A stretch of 64,000 bases of DNA, taken from NCBI GenBank assembly GCA_000276965.1, contig AKKQ01000004.1, forward strand, positions 447 through 64,446, in the 5' to 3' direction. The notes under the pieces are model-generated. The model was not told the DNA's origin. It saw nothing but the letters and a program-made list of their open reading frames with translations, and did no database searches. Positions 1 to 8,290 of the stretch are shown piece after piece; position 1 is the first letter of the stretch; every line of letters starts with the position of its first letter. The position numbers and the translations under genes were made by a program. The stretch is from Thiovulum sp. ES (GTDB lineage Bacteria > Campylobacterota > Campylobacteria > Campylobacterales > Thiovulaceae).

Positions 1-1
1 A

Positions 2-2965
2 ACTTTTGCAGAAGAATCAAGCAAAAATCACTCAAAAAAAGTTGGATTTCCAGATATGACAATTCGTCAAAACGATTTCACAATTGGATATATCGAACTG
101 AAATTACCGAACGATAGTTTGGAAAACAAAAATCACAAAAAGCAATTTGACAAATACAAAGATTCACTTGAAAACATAATTTTTACAAATTTGAGAAACT
201 GGCAACTATTTCAGTGGGACGGAAACAGCAAATCGAAAAAAGTGAAAGAGATAGTTTTTAATTTAGAAAATCCAAATTTAGAGAAGTTCAAGAAGTTTCT
301 AAATCTGTTTTTAAGTTATCGGGTGAAAAGTTCGACCTCATCGGTAGAGTTGGCAGTGAATTTGGCAAAAAGAACAAAGATACTTTCAGAAATAATTGAG
401 TCGCTGTTGGAAAATGAAAATGTGCAAATGACAAATTTGAAAGAGAATTTTAGAAAATCTTTACTCCACGAAATAGGAGATAAGAGTTTTGCAAATCTGA
501 TAGCTGAAACATTCACATATTCACTTTTTATAGCATCAATTGTTCATTTACAAAAAGGTGAAAAAGAGAAATTGAGTATCACGACGGCACTCGATTATAT
601 TCCAAAAACAATTCCAATTCTCTACGACCTTTACGATTTATCTAAAAATTTGAGTCGGCAATTTTCAAATGTGAAAAGTTCAGTTGAGTTGATTTTGAAA
701 GAGTTGAATTTAGCAGATTTAGGAAAAATCGTAGCTTCATTTGAGAAAAGTGGAGACCCAATTTTGAATTTTTACGAGCCATTCCTACAAACTTACGACC
801 CACATACAAAAAAGGATAGAGGAGTTTTCTACACTCCGAAAGCTGTTGTTGATTTTTTGGTTCGGGAGACAAATACAATTTTGAAAACTGAACTGAATTT
901 AGAGAATGGATTTTTAGAGAGAAATGTGAAAGTGCTTGATCCTGCGACTGGAACAGGAACTTTTTTGAGTTCGTTAATTAGTTTAGTGCAATCAGAAGTT
1001 GATGAAAATTTTCAAATGATTGGAATTGAGAAAGATAAATTTGCCGATGAGGTGCATGAACACATTTTGAAAAATTTCTACGGATTTGAATTCATGGTTG
1101 CTCCTTACACGGTTGCACATTTGAAATTGTGGTTACAACTCAAATCTCACGGCTTAGACTTAGAAGAAAACGAACGATTTCAAATCTATCTTGCAAACAC
1201 ACTTGACGACCCAAACCGAGAGCCATTGGACAAAATATTTTTTGAAATTGCACAAGAGAGTGAAAAAGCAAAAGCAATTAAAAATGACAAAAACATAATT
1301 GCAATAATTGGAAATCCACCATACAGCGGAACTTCTCAAAATCCGAGCAAAATTACAAACAAAACTGAAAAATCTTACCAATTTGGAAAAACAAAAAATC
1401 TCACTTGGATTGGAAGCCAAATCGAAAATTACAAATGGAATGGCGACAAAAAGTTAGATGAGAAAAATCCGAAATGGCTTCAAGATGATTATGTGAAATT
1501 TATCCGTTTTGCTCAATATCAAATCGATAGCAAAGAGAAAGGTGTCATTTCCTACATTGTGCCACACGGCTTTCTTGACAATCCAACTTTTCGATACATG
1601 AGAAAATCGCTACTTGACTCATTTTCCAAAATTTTCATCGTAAATCTTCACGGAAATTCTACAAAAAAGGAGACGACTCCAAACGGAGGAAAAGATGAAA
1701 ATGTTTTTGACATCAAACAGGGAGTTTCACTTCTGTTTTTGGTGAAGACCTCATCGGCAAAAGATACAAAAATCTATTACGGAGATTTATGGGGACTTAG
1801 AAAAGAGAAATTTCAGAATTTAGAAAATGGAAACTTAGAAAATATTTGCAAAACGGAACTTTTCCCAAAAAGCGACATGTTCTATTTTATTCCACGAGAT
1901 ACAACTTTGGAAACTGAATATTTGGAATTTTGGAGTTTGAAAGATATTTTTGATGTTAAAAATACGGGAATTATTTCAAAAAGAGATAAAATAGTTTATC
2001 AAGATAGCAAAGAAAAGTTACTTAATATTTTAAATGATTTTCACAAATTAGATGAAAATATTATTAGAAATAAATATAACCTTACTCCTGATAGTCGAGA
2101 TTGGAAAGTATCTTTTGCTAAAAATGCAATTGCAAAATTTGGAATTAAAGAAGGTTTTATTATCAAAGGATATTACAGACCTTTCGATACAAAATGGACA
2201 TATTATGTTGAAAAATCAAAAGGTTTTATGGCTTATCCAACATATGATGTTATGAAACATATGTTGAAAGAGAATATCGCTCTTTTAGTTGGTCGTGCTG
2301 GAAATGTTACGGGTTCTGATACTTGGGATATTGTTTTTATTGCTGATTCAATAGTTGATTTAAATATGTTTCGTCGAGGTGGTGAAGTTGTTTTCCCACT
2401 TTACAAATATTCTGATGATGAAAATTCTCTTTTTGAAACAAAAAGCCCAAATTTCACAAATGATTTTTTGGAATTCCGAAAAAAAGAACTCTCAAAATGG
2501 AGTGATGAAGAGATTTTTTACTACATTTACGGTTTGCTTTTTTCTCCAAACTATCGTGAAAAATATCGTGAGTTTTTGCAAACTGATTTTCCAAGAATTG
2601 ATTTCAGTCGTAATATTTCAAAAATCTCAAAAATTGGAAAAGAGTTGGCTGATTTGCATCTTTTAAAACATAAGATTTTTTCGACTCCGAAAAATTGGAA
2701 ACTGAAAAAAGTTGGAACTGATTTTGAATTGAATTTGCCAAAAAAAGCTGAAATATTTTTGAATGGAAAAATCTATTTCAACTCTTCAACATATTTGAGT
2801 GGAATAGCCGATGAGGTCTGGAACTTCCACATTGGGGGCTATCAAGTTTTGTATAAATGGTTGGCTGACCGAAACGGAAAAACTCTTTCAACTGATGATT
2901 TGCTCCACTACATCAAAATTGTTGTTTCACTTCAAGAAACCGTAAAATTGATGAAAAAACTGTAA
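2..2965 (+). CDS. Type IIG restriction-modification enzyme (fused PD-(D/E)xK nuclease and gamma-class N6-adenine DNA methyltransferase); 5' end runs off the window
   Basis: The frame of ORF 56..2965 has no stop back to the window edge (TFAEESSKNHSKKVGFPD-MTIRQNDFTIGYIELK). FPD...IELK fits a PD-(D/E)xK nuclease. DPATGTGTFL is SAM motif I and IIGNPPYSG is NPPY motif IV. The C-terminal HIGGYQVLYKWLADRNGKTLS is typical of YeeA / type ISP-IIG C-terminal domains. Confidence 0.75.
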   Translation, partial: TFAEESSKNHSKKVGFPDMTIRQNDFTIGYIELKLPNDSLENKNHKKQFDKYKDSLENIIFTNLRNWQLFQWDGNSKSKKVKEIVFNLENPNLEKFKKFLNLFLSYRVKSSTSSVELAVNLAKRTKILSEIIESLLENENVQMTNLKENFRKSLLHEIGDKSFANLIAETFTYSLFIASIVHLQKGEKEKLSITTALDYIPKTIPILYDLYDLSKNLSRQFSNVKSSVELILKELNLADLGKIVASFEKSGDPILNFYEPFLQTYDPHTKKDRGVFYTPKAVVDFLVRETNTILKTELNLENGFLERNVKVLDPATGTGTFLSSLISLVQSEVDENFQMIGIEKDKFADEVHEHILKNFYGFEFMVAPYTVAHLKLWLQLKSHGLDLEENERFQIYLANTLDDPNREPLDKIFFEIAQESEKAKAIKNDKNIIAIIGNPPYSGTSQNPSKITNKTEKSYQFGKTKNLTWIGSQIENYKWNGDKKLDEKNPKWLQDDYVKFIRFAQYQIDSKEKGVISYIVPHGFLDNPTFRYMRKSLLDSFSKIFIVNLHGNSTKKETTPNGGKDENVFDIKQGVSLLFLVKTSSAKDTKIYYGDLWGLRKEKFQNLENGNLENICKTELFPKSDMFYFIPRDTTLETEYLEFWSLKDIFDVKNTGIISKRDKIVYQDSKEKLLNILNDFHKLDENIIRNKYNLTPDSRDWKVSFAKNAIAKFGIKEGFIIKGYYRPFDTKWTYYVEKSKGFMAYPTYDVMKHMLKENIALLVGRAGNVTGSDTWDIVFIADSIVDLNMFRRGGEVVFPLYKYSDDENSLFETKSPNFTNDFLEFRKKELSKWSDEEIFYYIYGLLFSPNYREKYREFLQTDFPRIDFSRNISKISKIGKELADLHLLKHKIFSTPKNWKLKKVGTDFELNLPKKAEIFLNGKIYFNSSTYLSGIADEVWNFHIGGYQVLYKWLADRNGKTLSTDDLLHYIKIVVSLQETVKLMKKL

Positions 2966-2972
2966 TTCTCAA

Positions 2973-2993
2973 GTCCTGAACTTGTTTCAGGAC
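2973..2993. terminator. Hairpin between convergent genes (gtcctgaa-cttgt-ttcaggac)
   Basis: Perfect 8-bp inverted repeat with a 5-nt loop, immediately after the stop at 2965 and before the stop of the minus-strand ORF at 3008. Confidence 0.5.
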
Positions 2994-3007
2994 AAACTCA
3001 AAACAAA

Positions 3008-3217
3008 TTAATTGTCAAAAAAGTTCTCTATATCATCTTCCAAATTTTTCAGCATTTCAGCAAGAACTTCATTTTGTTTATCTTCTGACTTTTCTTCAAA
3101 TCCTTCGGTTTTTTCATTCACAAATGAAGCATGTTTAAAATAGTCATCTTCTAAATTACAGCTGATTTTTGCCTCTTGTTCTAACTCCAATGTCGTTTTT
3201 ACTATGAATTTTCCCAT
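3008..3217 (-). CDS. Small, strongly acidic hypothetical protein (69 aa)
   Basis: The ORF overlaps the stop of the upstream JAB ORF by 16 nt, which suggests translational coupling. It is rich in E/D (EEKSEDKQNEVLAEMLKNLEDDIENFFDN). I recognise no family. Confidence 0.4.
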   Translation of the reverse strand: MGKFIVKTTLELEQEAKISCNLEDDYFKHASFVNEKTEGFEEKSEDKQNEVLAEMLKNLEDDIENFFDN

Positions 3218-3781
3218 GCTTTCCTCTCAAATTTAAAGTCAAATAGTTCAGATAATCTTGTTATAAGTTGTAGTTGATATTTAATATGTATATTAACTTT
3301 AATTCGTTTGACTATTTTAGCATTATTTTGAGTTTCAAAAATTTCTACATTTTTTTGTGCTAAAGCTATTTCTTGATTTAGCTTTTCTTTAATTTCTTCC
3401 TCTAATTTTTGAGAAATAAATTCAAATAGGTTTTCAATATTTTTTGTTGTCTTGTTAGTTTTAATTAAAATATAATCATATTTTGATGTTACTGTATGAA
3501 GATTTTGGATTTTACCAGAAGATAAAAATGTTTTAACATCTTGAGAAGACGGAGGAGTTCCAGCAGGATGATTATGCACAATTGTGTAATTATCTTTTGT
3601 TAATTCAGATATTTTAATTGGTAATTCACATTCTAAATCTTCGTTACTAGTTGTATTTTATATTATTTATATTTTTTTCATAAAGTGAATTTGATTTATT
3701 AATCCTATCTTGAAGTATATTTATCGTTTCACTAGATATTTCTTCTGAAAAATCTAAGTTTTTTGCTTCCAAACCTATCAT
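3202..3781 (-). pseudogene. JAB/MPN+ (RadC-like) metalloprotease-domain gene split by a 1-nt frameshift
   Basis: The ORF from GTG at 3579 begins inside the hallmark motif (IV)HNHPAGTPPSSQD, which matches HxHPxGxxxPSxxD. This frame stays open upstream to 3657. A 44-codon ORF (ATG 3781, GGAG RBS, stop TAG 3647-3649) overlaps it in the adjacent frame. Confidence 0.5.
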
Positions 3782-3919
3782 TGAAAAACTCCAACTCCCG
3801 TTTTGGGAATTGAAATTATATTTAACTTCTTAAATTATGATTATTATTTAACATTTAATTACTTCACTCGAAAGACAAACAAAAAGATAAAATTTTAAAA
3901 AATTTTAAAAGGTGATTTT

Positions 3920-4132
3920 TTGGAAAACAAAGAAGAGAATTTAGTTAAAAAAACTTGCCGAGAATTGGGAATCACTCAAAAGGAGTTAGCTGAAAAAATT
4001 GGAGTAAATCCAAAAACAATTTCAAATTGGCAAACAAAAAAAATGGAAAAATATGCAGAAGTTTTATTATCTGCTTTAATAAATGAAGACAAATATTTTA
4101 AAGCAATGGAACTATTTACTTTAAAAACTTGA
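3920..4132 (+). CDS. XRE/Cro-CI family helix-turn-helix transcriptional regulator
   Basis: TCRELGITQKELAEKIGVNPKTISNWQTKK is a canonical HTH_3 pattern. It has a TTG start with an upstream AAAAGGTGA, and it is divergent from the JAB gene. Confidence 0.7.
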   Translation: MENKEENLVKKTCRELGITQKELAEKIGVNPKTISNWQTKKMEKYAEVLLSALINEDKYFKAMELFTLKT

Positions 4133-4223
4133 TTTTATGGAATTAATTACTATATAATCTCTTTTGTTAAAAGAGAACGACCGTTCAAAATCATCTCTTT
4201 TAAAATCTAAATACGGAATATTT

Positions 4224-5075
4224 ATGAATGAAATTATAACCAAGAACTTTCAAGATAATAATTTTAGAATTTTTATTATCAAAAATAAAGAATTTTTCTT
4301 TGCAAAAGATACCTCTTCTTTATTAGGTTACACAAATCCACAAAAAGCTATTCGAGATCATTGTAAAAAAGTTATTTCTTTCAAAGATGTTTTCAACATG
4401 AACGAATCGTTCACCTTGGATTTATCCCGAGAACTAGGGAATAACTGGAAACAAACAAAACTGATTCCTGAATCTGATGTTTGGCGATTGATTATTAAAT
4501 CACGACTTCCAGAAGCTGAAAAAATTGAAGAGTGGATTATGGAAGAAGTTCTTCCACAAATTCGTAAAACTGGTTCATACTCTTTGAGTTCTGACACTTC
4601 CCAAGAAATTTCTTTAAAAGAGAAATTAGAACTTGAGTTTGTGGGTGTGAAAAATACGATTGAGATTCTACGAGTAAATCAGGCTTCTAAAATTGGAATG
4701 ATTGAAGTCGTGCATAAAAAGTACGATTTGGAAACTTCATATTTGCCAAAATATTCTGACGAAGAACACACATATTCGGCAAAAGCACTTTTGGAAAAAT
4801 TCGGAGTGAAAATTTCAGTTCAGCAATTCAACAAAAAAATGATTTCCGCAGGTTTTTTGGAAACAAAAACTCGAAAATCTTCAAAATACAAAACTGAAAA
4901 AGATGAAAACGGAAAAGAGGTGAAAATTCCAATTTTGAAAGAATTTAAATCTTTGACGGAAAAAGGTTTGGAATTTGGCAAAAATCTGATTTCGCCAAAA
5001 AACCAACTCGAAACTCAACCACACTATTTTGAAAGCAAATTTTCTGAACTTTTAGAGATTTTAAAAATCGGATAG
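4224..5075 (+). CDS. Prophage antirepressor, Bro-N domain plus KilAC/ANT C-terminal domain
   Basis: FRIFIIKNKEFFFAKDTSSLLGYTNPQKAIRDHCKK...SDVWRLIIKSRLPEAEKIEEWIMEEVLPQIRKTGSY is Bro-N-like. The C-terminal segment SAKALLEKFGVKISVQQFNKKMISAGFLE is KilAC-like. The ORF is open from 4164, and the ATG at 4224 fits the domain start. Confidence 0.7.
   Translation: MNEIITKNFQDNNFRIFIIKNKEFFFAKDTSSLLGYTNPQKAIRDHCKKVISFKDVFNMNESFTLDLSRELGNNWKQTKLIPESDVWRLIIKSRLPEAEKIEEWIMEEVLPQIRKTGSYSLSSDTSQEISLKEKLELEFVGVKNTIEILRVNQASKIGMIEVVHKKYDLETSYLPKYSDEEHTYSAKALLEKFGVKISVQQFNKKMISAGFLETKTRKSSKYKTEKDENGKEVKIPILKEFKSLTEKGLEFGKNLISPKNQLETQPHYFESKFSELLEILKIG
4832..5075 (+). repeat. Paralogous segment A (antirepressor C-terminus), inverted copy at 14041-14284
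   Basis: By-eye alignment to the reverse complement of 14041-14284 gives about 95% identity over the first ~200 nt. The last ~40 nt are diverged. Confidence 0.8.
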
Positions 5076-5139
5076 AATTTTTCAAAAAGGAGGTTCCAAA
5101 ATTTGGGACTTACCTATTTGGAGATAAAGCAATTTTAAT

Positions 5140-5157
5140 TGTCGGATCTCTCCGACA
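5140..5157. terminator. TGTCGGA-family hairpin (tgtcgga-tctc-tccgaca)
   Basis: Perfect 7-bp stem between the convergent bro-like (+) and hlyD-like (-) genes. The 20-nt string aattgtcggatctctccgac is repeated at 61229-61248. Confidence 0.55.
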
Positions 5158-5163
5158 CGATGT

Positions 5164-6456
5164 TTAAAATTTTTCACGATCAGGTTTTACCATTTTTGGC
5201 GGAATTGCATTCATAAATCTCCAGAGTTGATACCAAATTGGAACAGTTGAGAGTCGCACCCAAACAGTTGCTTGACTACCAACCCGTAAATCAGAACCAT
5301 CGGGCCAAGGATCATTTGGGTCTTCTGTAACATAGGCATAATAGAATCCTTGATCATGTGAGATATGTTCAACTCGTTTTACAAAACCTCCGAAAGAACC
5401 AAATTGAATTTTTGGCCAACCACTAACTTGTAATGCAGGCCAACCAAAAAACATAATACGAACAGGCAGACCCTCTTTTACAAGAGGCATATTAAAATCT
5501 GAAACTTGTAAAAGGATAGATTTTTCTGTTACAATTGGTGCAAAGTGAAGAACATCTTCACCCTTTTTTATATATCGATCTTTATCATTTTTAAAGAGCC
5601 GAACAACAAAACCATCTTTTTCCGCAACAACTTCGGATCGCTTGTATCTTTCAATAGTGATGAGGTGTTTTTCCAATTGTGCATTTAAATTTTTCTCTCT
5701 GCTTTCAACTGTAACAATTTTATTTTTTAGTCCAAGAATTTTACTCTCAATTTCACTTAAAAATTTCTGTTGTTCATTTTGAAGAATCTGGGAATTTTTG
5801 TTTGTAATTTCAATTTCAATTCGGATATTCTCTTTTTCACTTTCAGCTTTTACAAAACTATTTTCGCTCTTTTCAAATTCTCGTTTTGACTCAATTCCAT
5901 CTTTGTAGAGTTTTTCGATTCTCTCAAAATTACTTTTTTCAATTTGGTAGTTTTTGTCAATTGATTTTTGCTTGAATTTTAGACTCTCAACTTTTTCACT
6001 ATTTTGAGAAATTTTTTGAGCAAAAACATCAAGACCTTTTTCCAAAATATTTTTTGTTTCAGAAATCTCATTTTCAAGATTTTTAGTCTCAATTTTTGTA
6101 TTTGCTATCTGTATTTCTAAATCTCTTTTGACACTTTCTAATTTAAAAAGATAATTCTTATCCAAATCAAGCATTTTAAAAAGAGGTTCGCCACTTTTTA
6201 CAAACTGATTCTCTTTGACATAAAATTTCTCAATAAATCCATCAACTGGAGCTAAAACAGGATGATGTCGCTCTGTCGGATCAAGTGCTGTAACAAAACC
6301 TTTCCCTTTTACAGTCTGTTCCCAAGGTAAAAAAACCATCGCAAGAAGAATTAAAATTATAGATATTGTGATTAACCAAATTTTCCGAACAATCTTATTT
6401 AAACCAACTTTTTCTAAAGTTTTAAATTCGTAATCTTTAACCATTTTGCTTCTCAC
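5164..6456 (-). CDS. HlyD-family membrane fusion / periplasmic adaptor protein
   Basis: It has an N-terminal TM segment (IWLITISIILILLAMVFL), a lipoyl-like hairpin (APVDGFIEKFYVKENQFVKSGEPLFKM), a long coiled coil and a C-terminal beta-barrel region. Confidence 0.8.
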   Translation of the reverse strand: MRSKMVKDYEFKTLEKVGLNKIVRKIWLITISIILILLAMVFLPWEQTVKGKGFVTALDPTERHHPVLAPVDGFIEKFYVKENQFVKSGEPLFKMLDLDKNYLFKLESVKRDLEIQIANTKIETKNLENEISETKNILEKGLDVFAQKISQNSEKVESLKFKQKSIDKNYQIEKSNFERIEKLYKDGIESKREFEKSENSFVKAESEKENIRIEIEITNKNSQILQNEQQKFLSEIESKILGLKNKIVTVESREKNLNAQLEKHLITIERYKRSEVVAEKDGFVVRLFKNDKDRYIKKGEDVLHFAPIVTEKSILLQVSDFNMPLVKEGLPVRIMFFGWPALQVSGWPKIQFGSFGGFVKRVEHISHDQGFYYAYVTEDPNDPWPDGSDLRVGSQATVWVRLSTVPIWYQLWRFMNAIPPKMVKPDREKF

Positions 6457-7405
6457 TTAAAGAGATTGAGAGTTTATTAACTTTGTAGAGTCCTTCGATA
6501 ATGTCATAAATATAGTCTATCTGTTTTACAAAACCTTTAAGAGCATTTGTAATTGAGACAACAATAATTTCAGATGCGACAAATTCACCGAGTGGTAAAA
6601 TCCCATTTACTACCATATAACCTCCTGCAATCAAGAAAATACTGAAAATAATTCCTTCCGCCATAAAAGTTAGTGTCAATTGTCTGATTACAATTCTAAA
6701 AAGATCTGCTCTTGTTTCAACAAAGCGATCCAAATAGCCATCAAACCTCTCTAATATTTCTGACGGTTTTCCCTCTTTGTATGGAATGTGTTGCAAAAAA
6801 TAGATAGATGAGTGCTTTGCATCTGAACGAGCAATTGCTAAATTTGCACCATTTTTTCCAAGAAATATAATTAGGGCAAAAAAGAGCAGGAAAAATATAA
6901 ATCCAATGCTAAAAAGATAGGGATTAAAAGCTAGAAGAAGAAGCAGACTCACAAAAACTTTTATAACAAGCCCAGTTCCATCAAGAAGTAAAACGGGAAA
7001 AACTTTTTGAATTGATGTTATGTCAAAAAAGTAATTCATCAACTTGTCCATCGACTGCTTTGTTTCAAGCGAGGCTTTCTGTTGCATTTTTACTGCCATT
7101 CTTGAAATTTTTATTGCAGATGTAACAAAGATTTTCTGCTGGAATTTTTCAATTATATACTCTTTAATTATCTGTAAAGCCGTAATAAGTAAAAAAATTG
7201 TGATAACAATAACACCAAGAACAAAAATTGAAACAGAACTGTGTGCTAAAACCGTGTTAATAATAAATACAGATGCAAGTGGAATTGTTAAAACAAGAAC
7301 TGCCTCAATTGCTGAATAGTAGAGTAAATAAAATATGTTTTGCTTATCATCTTTTACTATTTCTAGTATATTTTGAAAGAATGTTTTTTTAGTATTCAAT
7401 AGCAA
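6437..7405 (-). CDS. ABC-exporter-type transmembrane domain protein lacking a nucleotide-binding domain
   Basis: The 322-aa protein has about six predicted TM helices in ABC_membrane-like spacing. It ends at the TMD/NBD junction and overlaps the hlyD start by 20 nt. I see no Walker A/B or LSGGQ motif. The start is TTG. Confidence 0.6.
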   Translation of the reverse strand: MLLNTKKTFFQNILEIVKDDKQNIFYLLYYSAIEAVLVLTIPLASVFIINTVLAHSSVSIFVLGVIVITIFLLITALQIIKEYIIEKFQQKIFVTSAIKISRMAVKMQQKASLETKQSMDKLMNYFFDITSIQKVFPVLLLDGTGLVIKVFVSLLLLLAFNPYLFSIGFIFFLLFFALIIFLGKNGANLAIARSDAKHSSIYFLQHIPYKEGKPSEILERFDGYLDRFVETRADLFRIVIRQLTLTFMAEGIIFSIFLIAGGYMVVNGILPLGEFVASEIIVVSITNALKGFVKQIDYIYDIIEGLYKVNKLSISLSEKQNG

Positions 7406-7522
7406 TCCTTTTTTTGAAATTCTAATTAAAATTTTCTATTTTTTTTCTATTTTTTGCAAATTTAACTAAAACCTCTTTTTGGTAAAATTGCGATAGTTAT
7501 CAAATAATAGGGTGGTTGTTTA

Positions 7523-8290
7523 ATGGATTTAGGTACGGTCATTGGACTGGTTCTGATATATGTGCTTTTGGCTATATCAATGATGCTAGGGGTTGGTATT
7601 GGTCCCTATGTAAATATTCCGTCTGTTCTTATTGTTGTTGGTGGTTCGATAGGTGCAATTATGGTCGGTTTTAAAATGGAGCAAGTAACGAGCATGTTCG
7701 GTTTCTTCATGATTGCTATAAAACCACCAGTAATTGATATGGATGGACTTATTAAAAAACTGATTGACTTTGCAGTTGTTGCGAGGAAAGAGGGGATTTT
7801 AAGCTTAGAAGCTCCACTAAAAAATGAGGAAAATAAATTCTTGCAAATGGGATTAATGATGGCGATTGATGGTCAAGAACCTGATGTTATTCGAGATTTG
7901 CTAGAAATTGAAATTGAGCAAACAAGCACAAGACACAAAGGAAATATTTCAATGTTCGACCAACTTGCAGCACTTGCTGGAGCGATGGGAATGGTTGGAA
8001 CACTGATTGGACTTGTTGCCATGCTACTTAACATGTCTGATCCAAGTGCGATTGGACCTGCAATGGCGGTTGCTCTCTTAACAACTCTTTACGGTTCGGT
8101 TATCGGGAATACATTTGGAACACCAATTGCAAATATTCTTTCGGTGCGAAATGACGAAGAGACTCTACAAAACCAGATGTTACTTGAAGGAATCATAAGT
8201 ATTCAATCAGGTGATAACCCAAGAAACATGGAAGCAAAACTTCTCGGTTTCGTTCCTCCAAGTAAAAGAAAGAGCCAATTCGACTCATAG
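7523..8290 (+). CDS. motA: Flagellar motor stator protein MotA (MotA/TolQ/ExbB family)
   Basis: It has a 2+2 TM topology with a large cytoplasmic loop. PAMAVALLTTLYGSVIGN is present, and the C-terminal GDNPRNMEAKLLGF...SQFD closely parallels Helicobacter MotA as I recall it. Confidence 0.7.
   Translation: MDLGTVIGLVLIYVLLAISMMLGVGIGPYVNIPSVLIVVGGSIGAIMVGFKMEQVTSMFGFFMIAIKPPVIDMDGLIKKLIDFAVVARKEGILSLEAPLKNEENKFLQMGLMMAIDGQEPDVIRDLLEIEIEQTSTRHKGNISMFDQLAALAGAMGMVGTLIGLVAMLLNMSDPSAIGPAMAVALLTTLYGSVIGNTFGTPIANILSVRNDEETLQNQMLLEGIISIQSGDNPRNMEAKLLGFVPPSKRKSQFDS

Larger units (their letters stand above)
2994..5139. mobile_element. Phage/ICE-like remnant (JAB/MPN, small acidic protein, XRE repressor, Bro-N/KilAC antirepressor); no integrase or att repeats seen
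   Basis: The gene content is typical of prophage immunity/anti-repressor modules. It is bounded by hairpins at 2973-2993 and 5140-5157, and one gene is disrupted by a frameshift. Confidence 0.45.
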
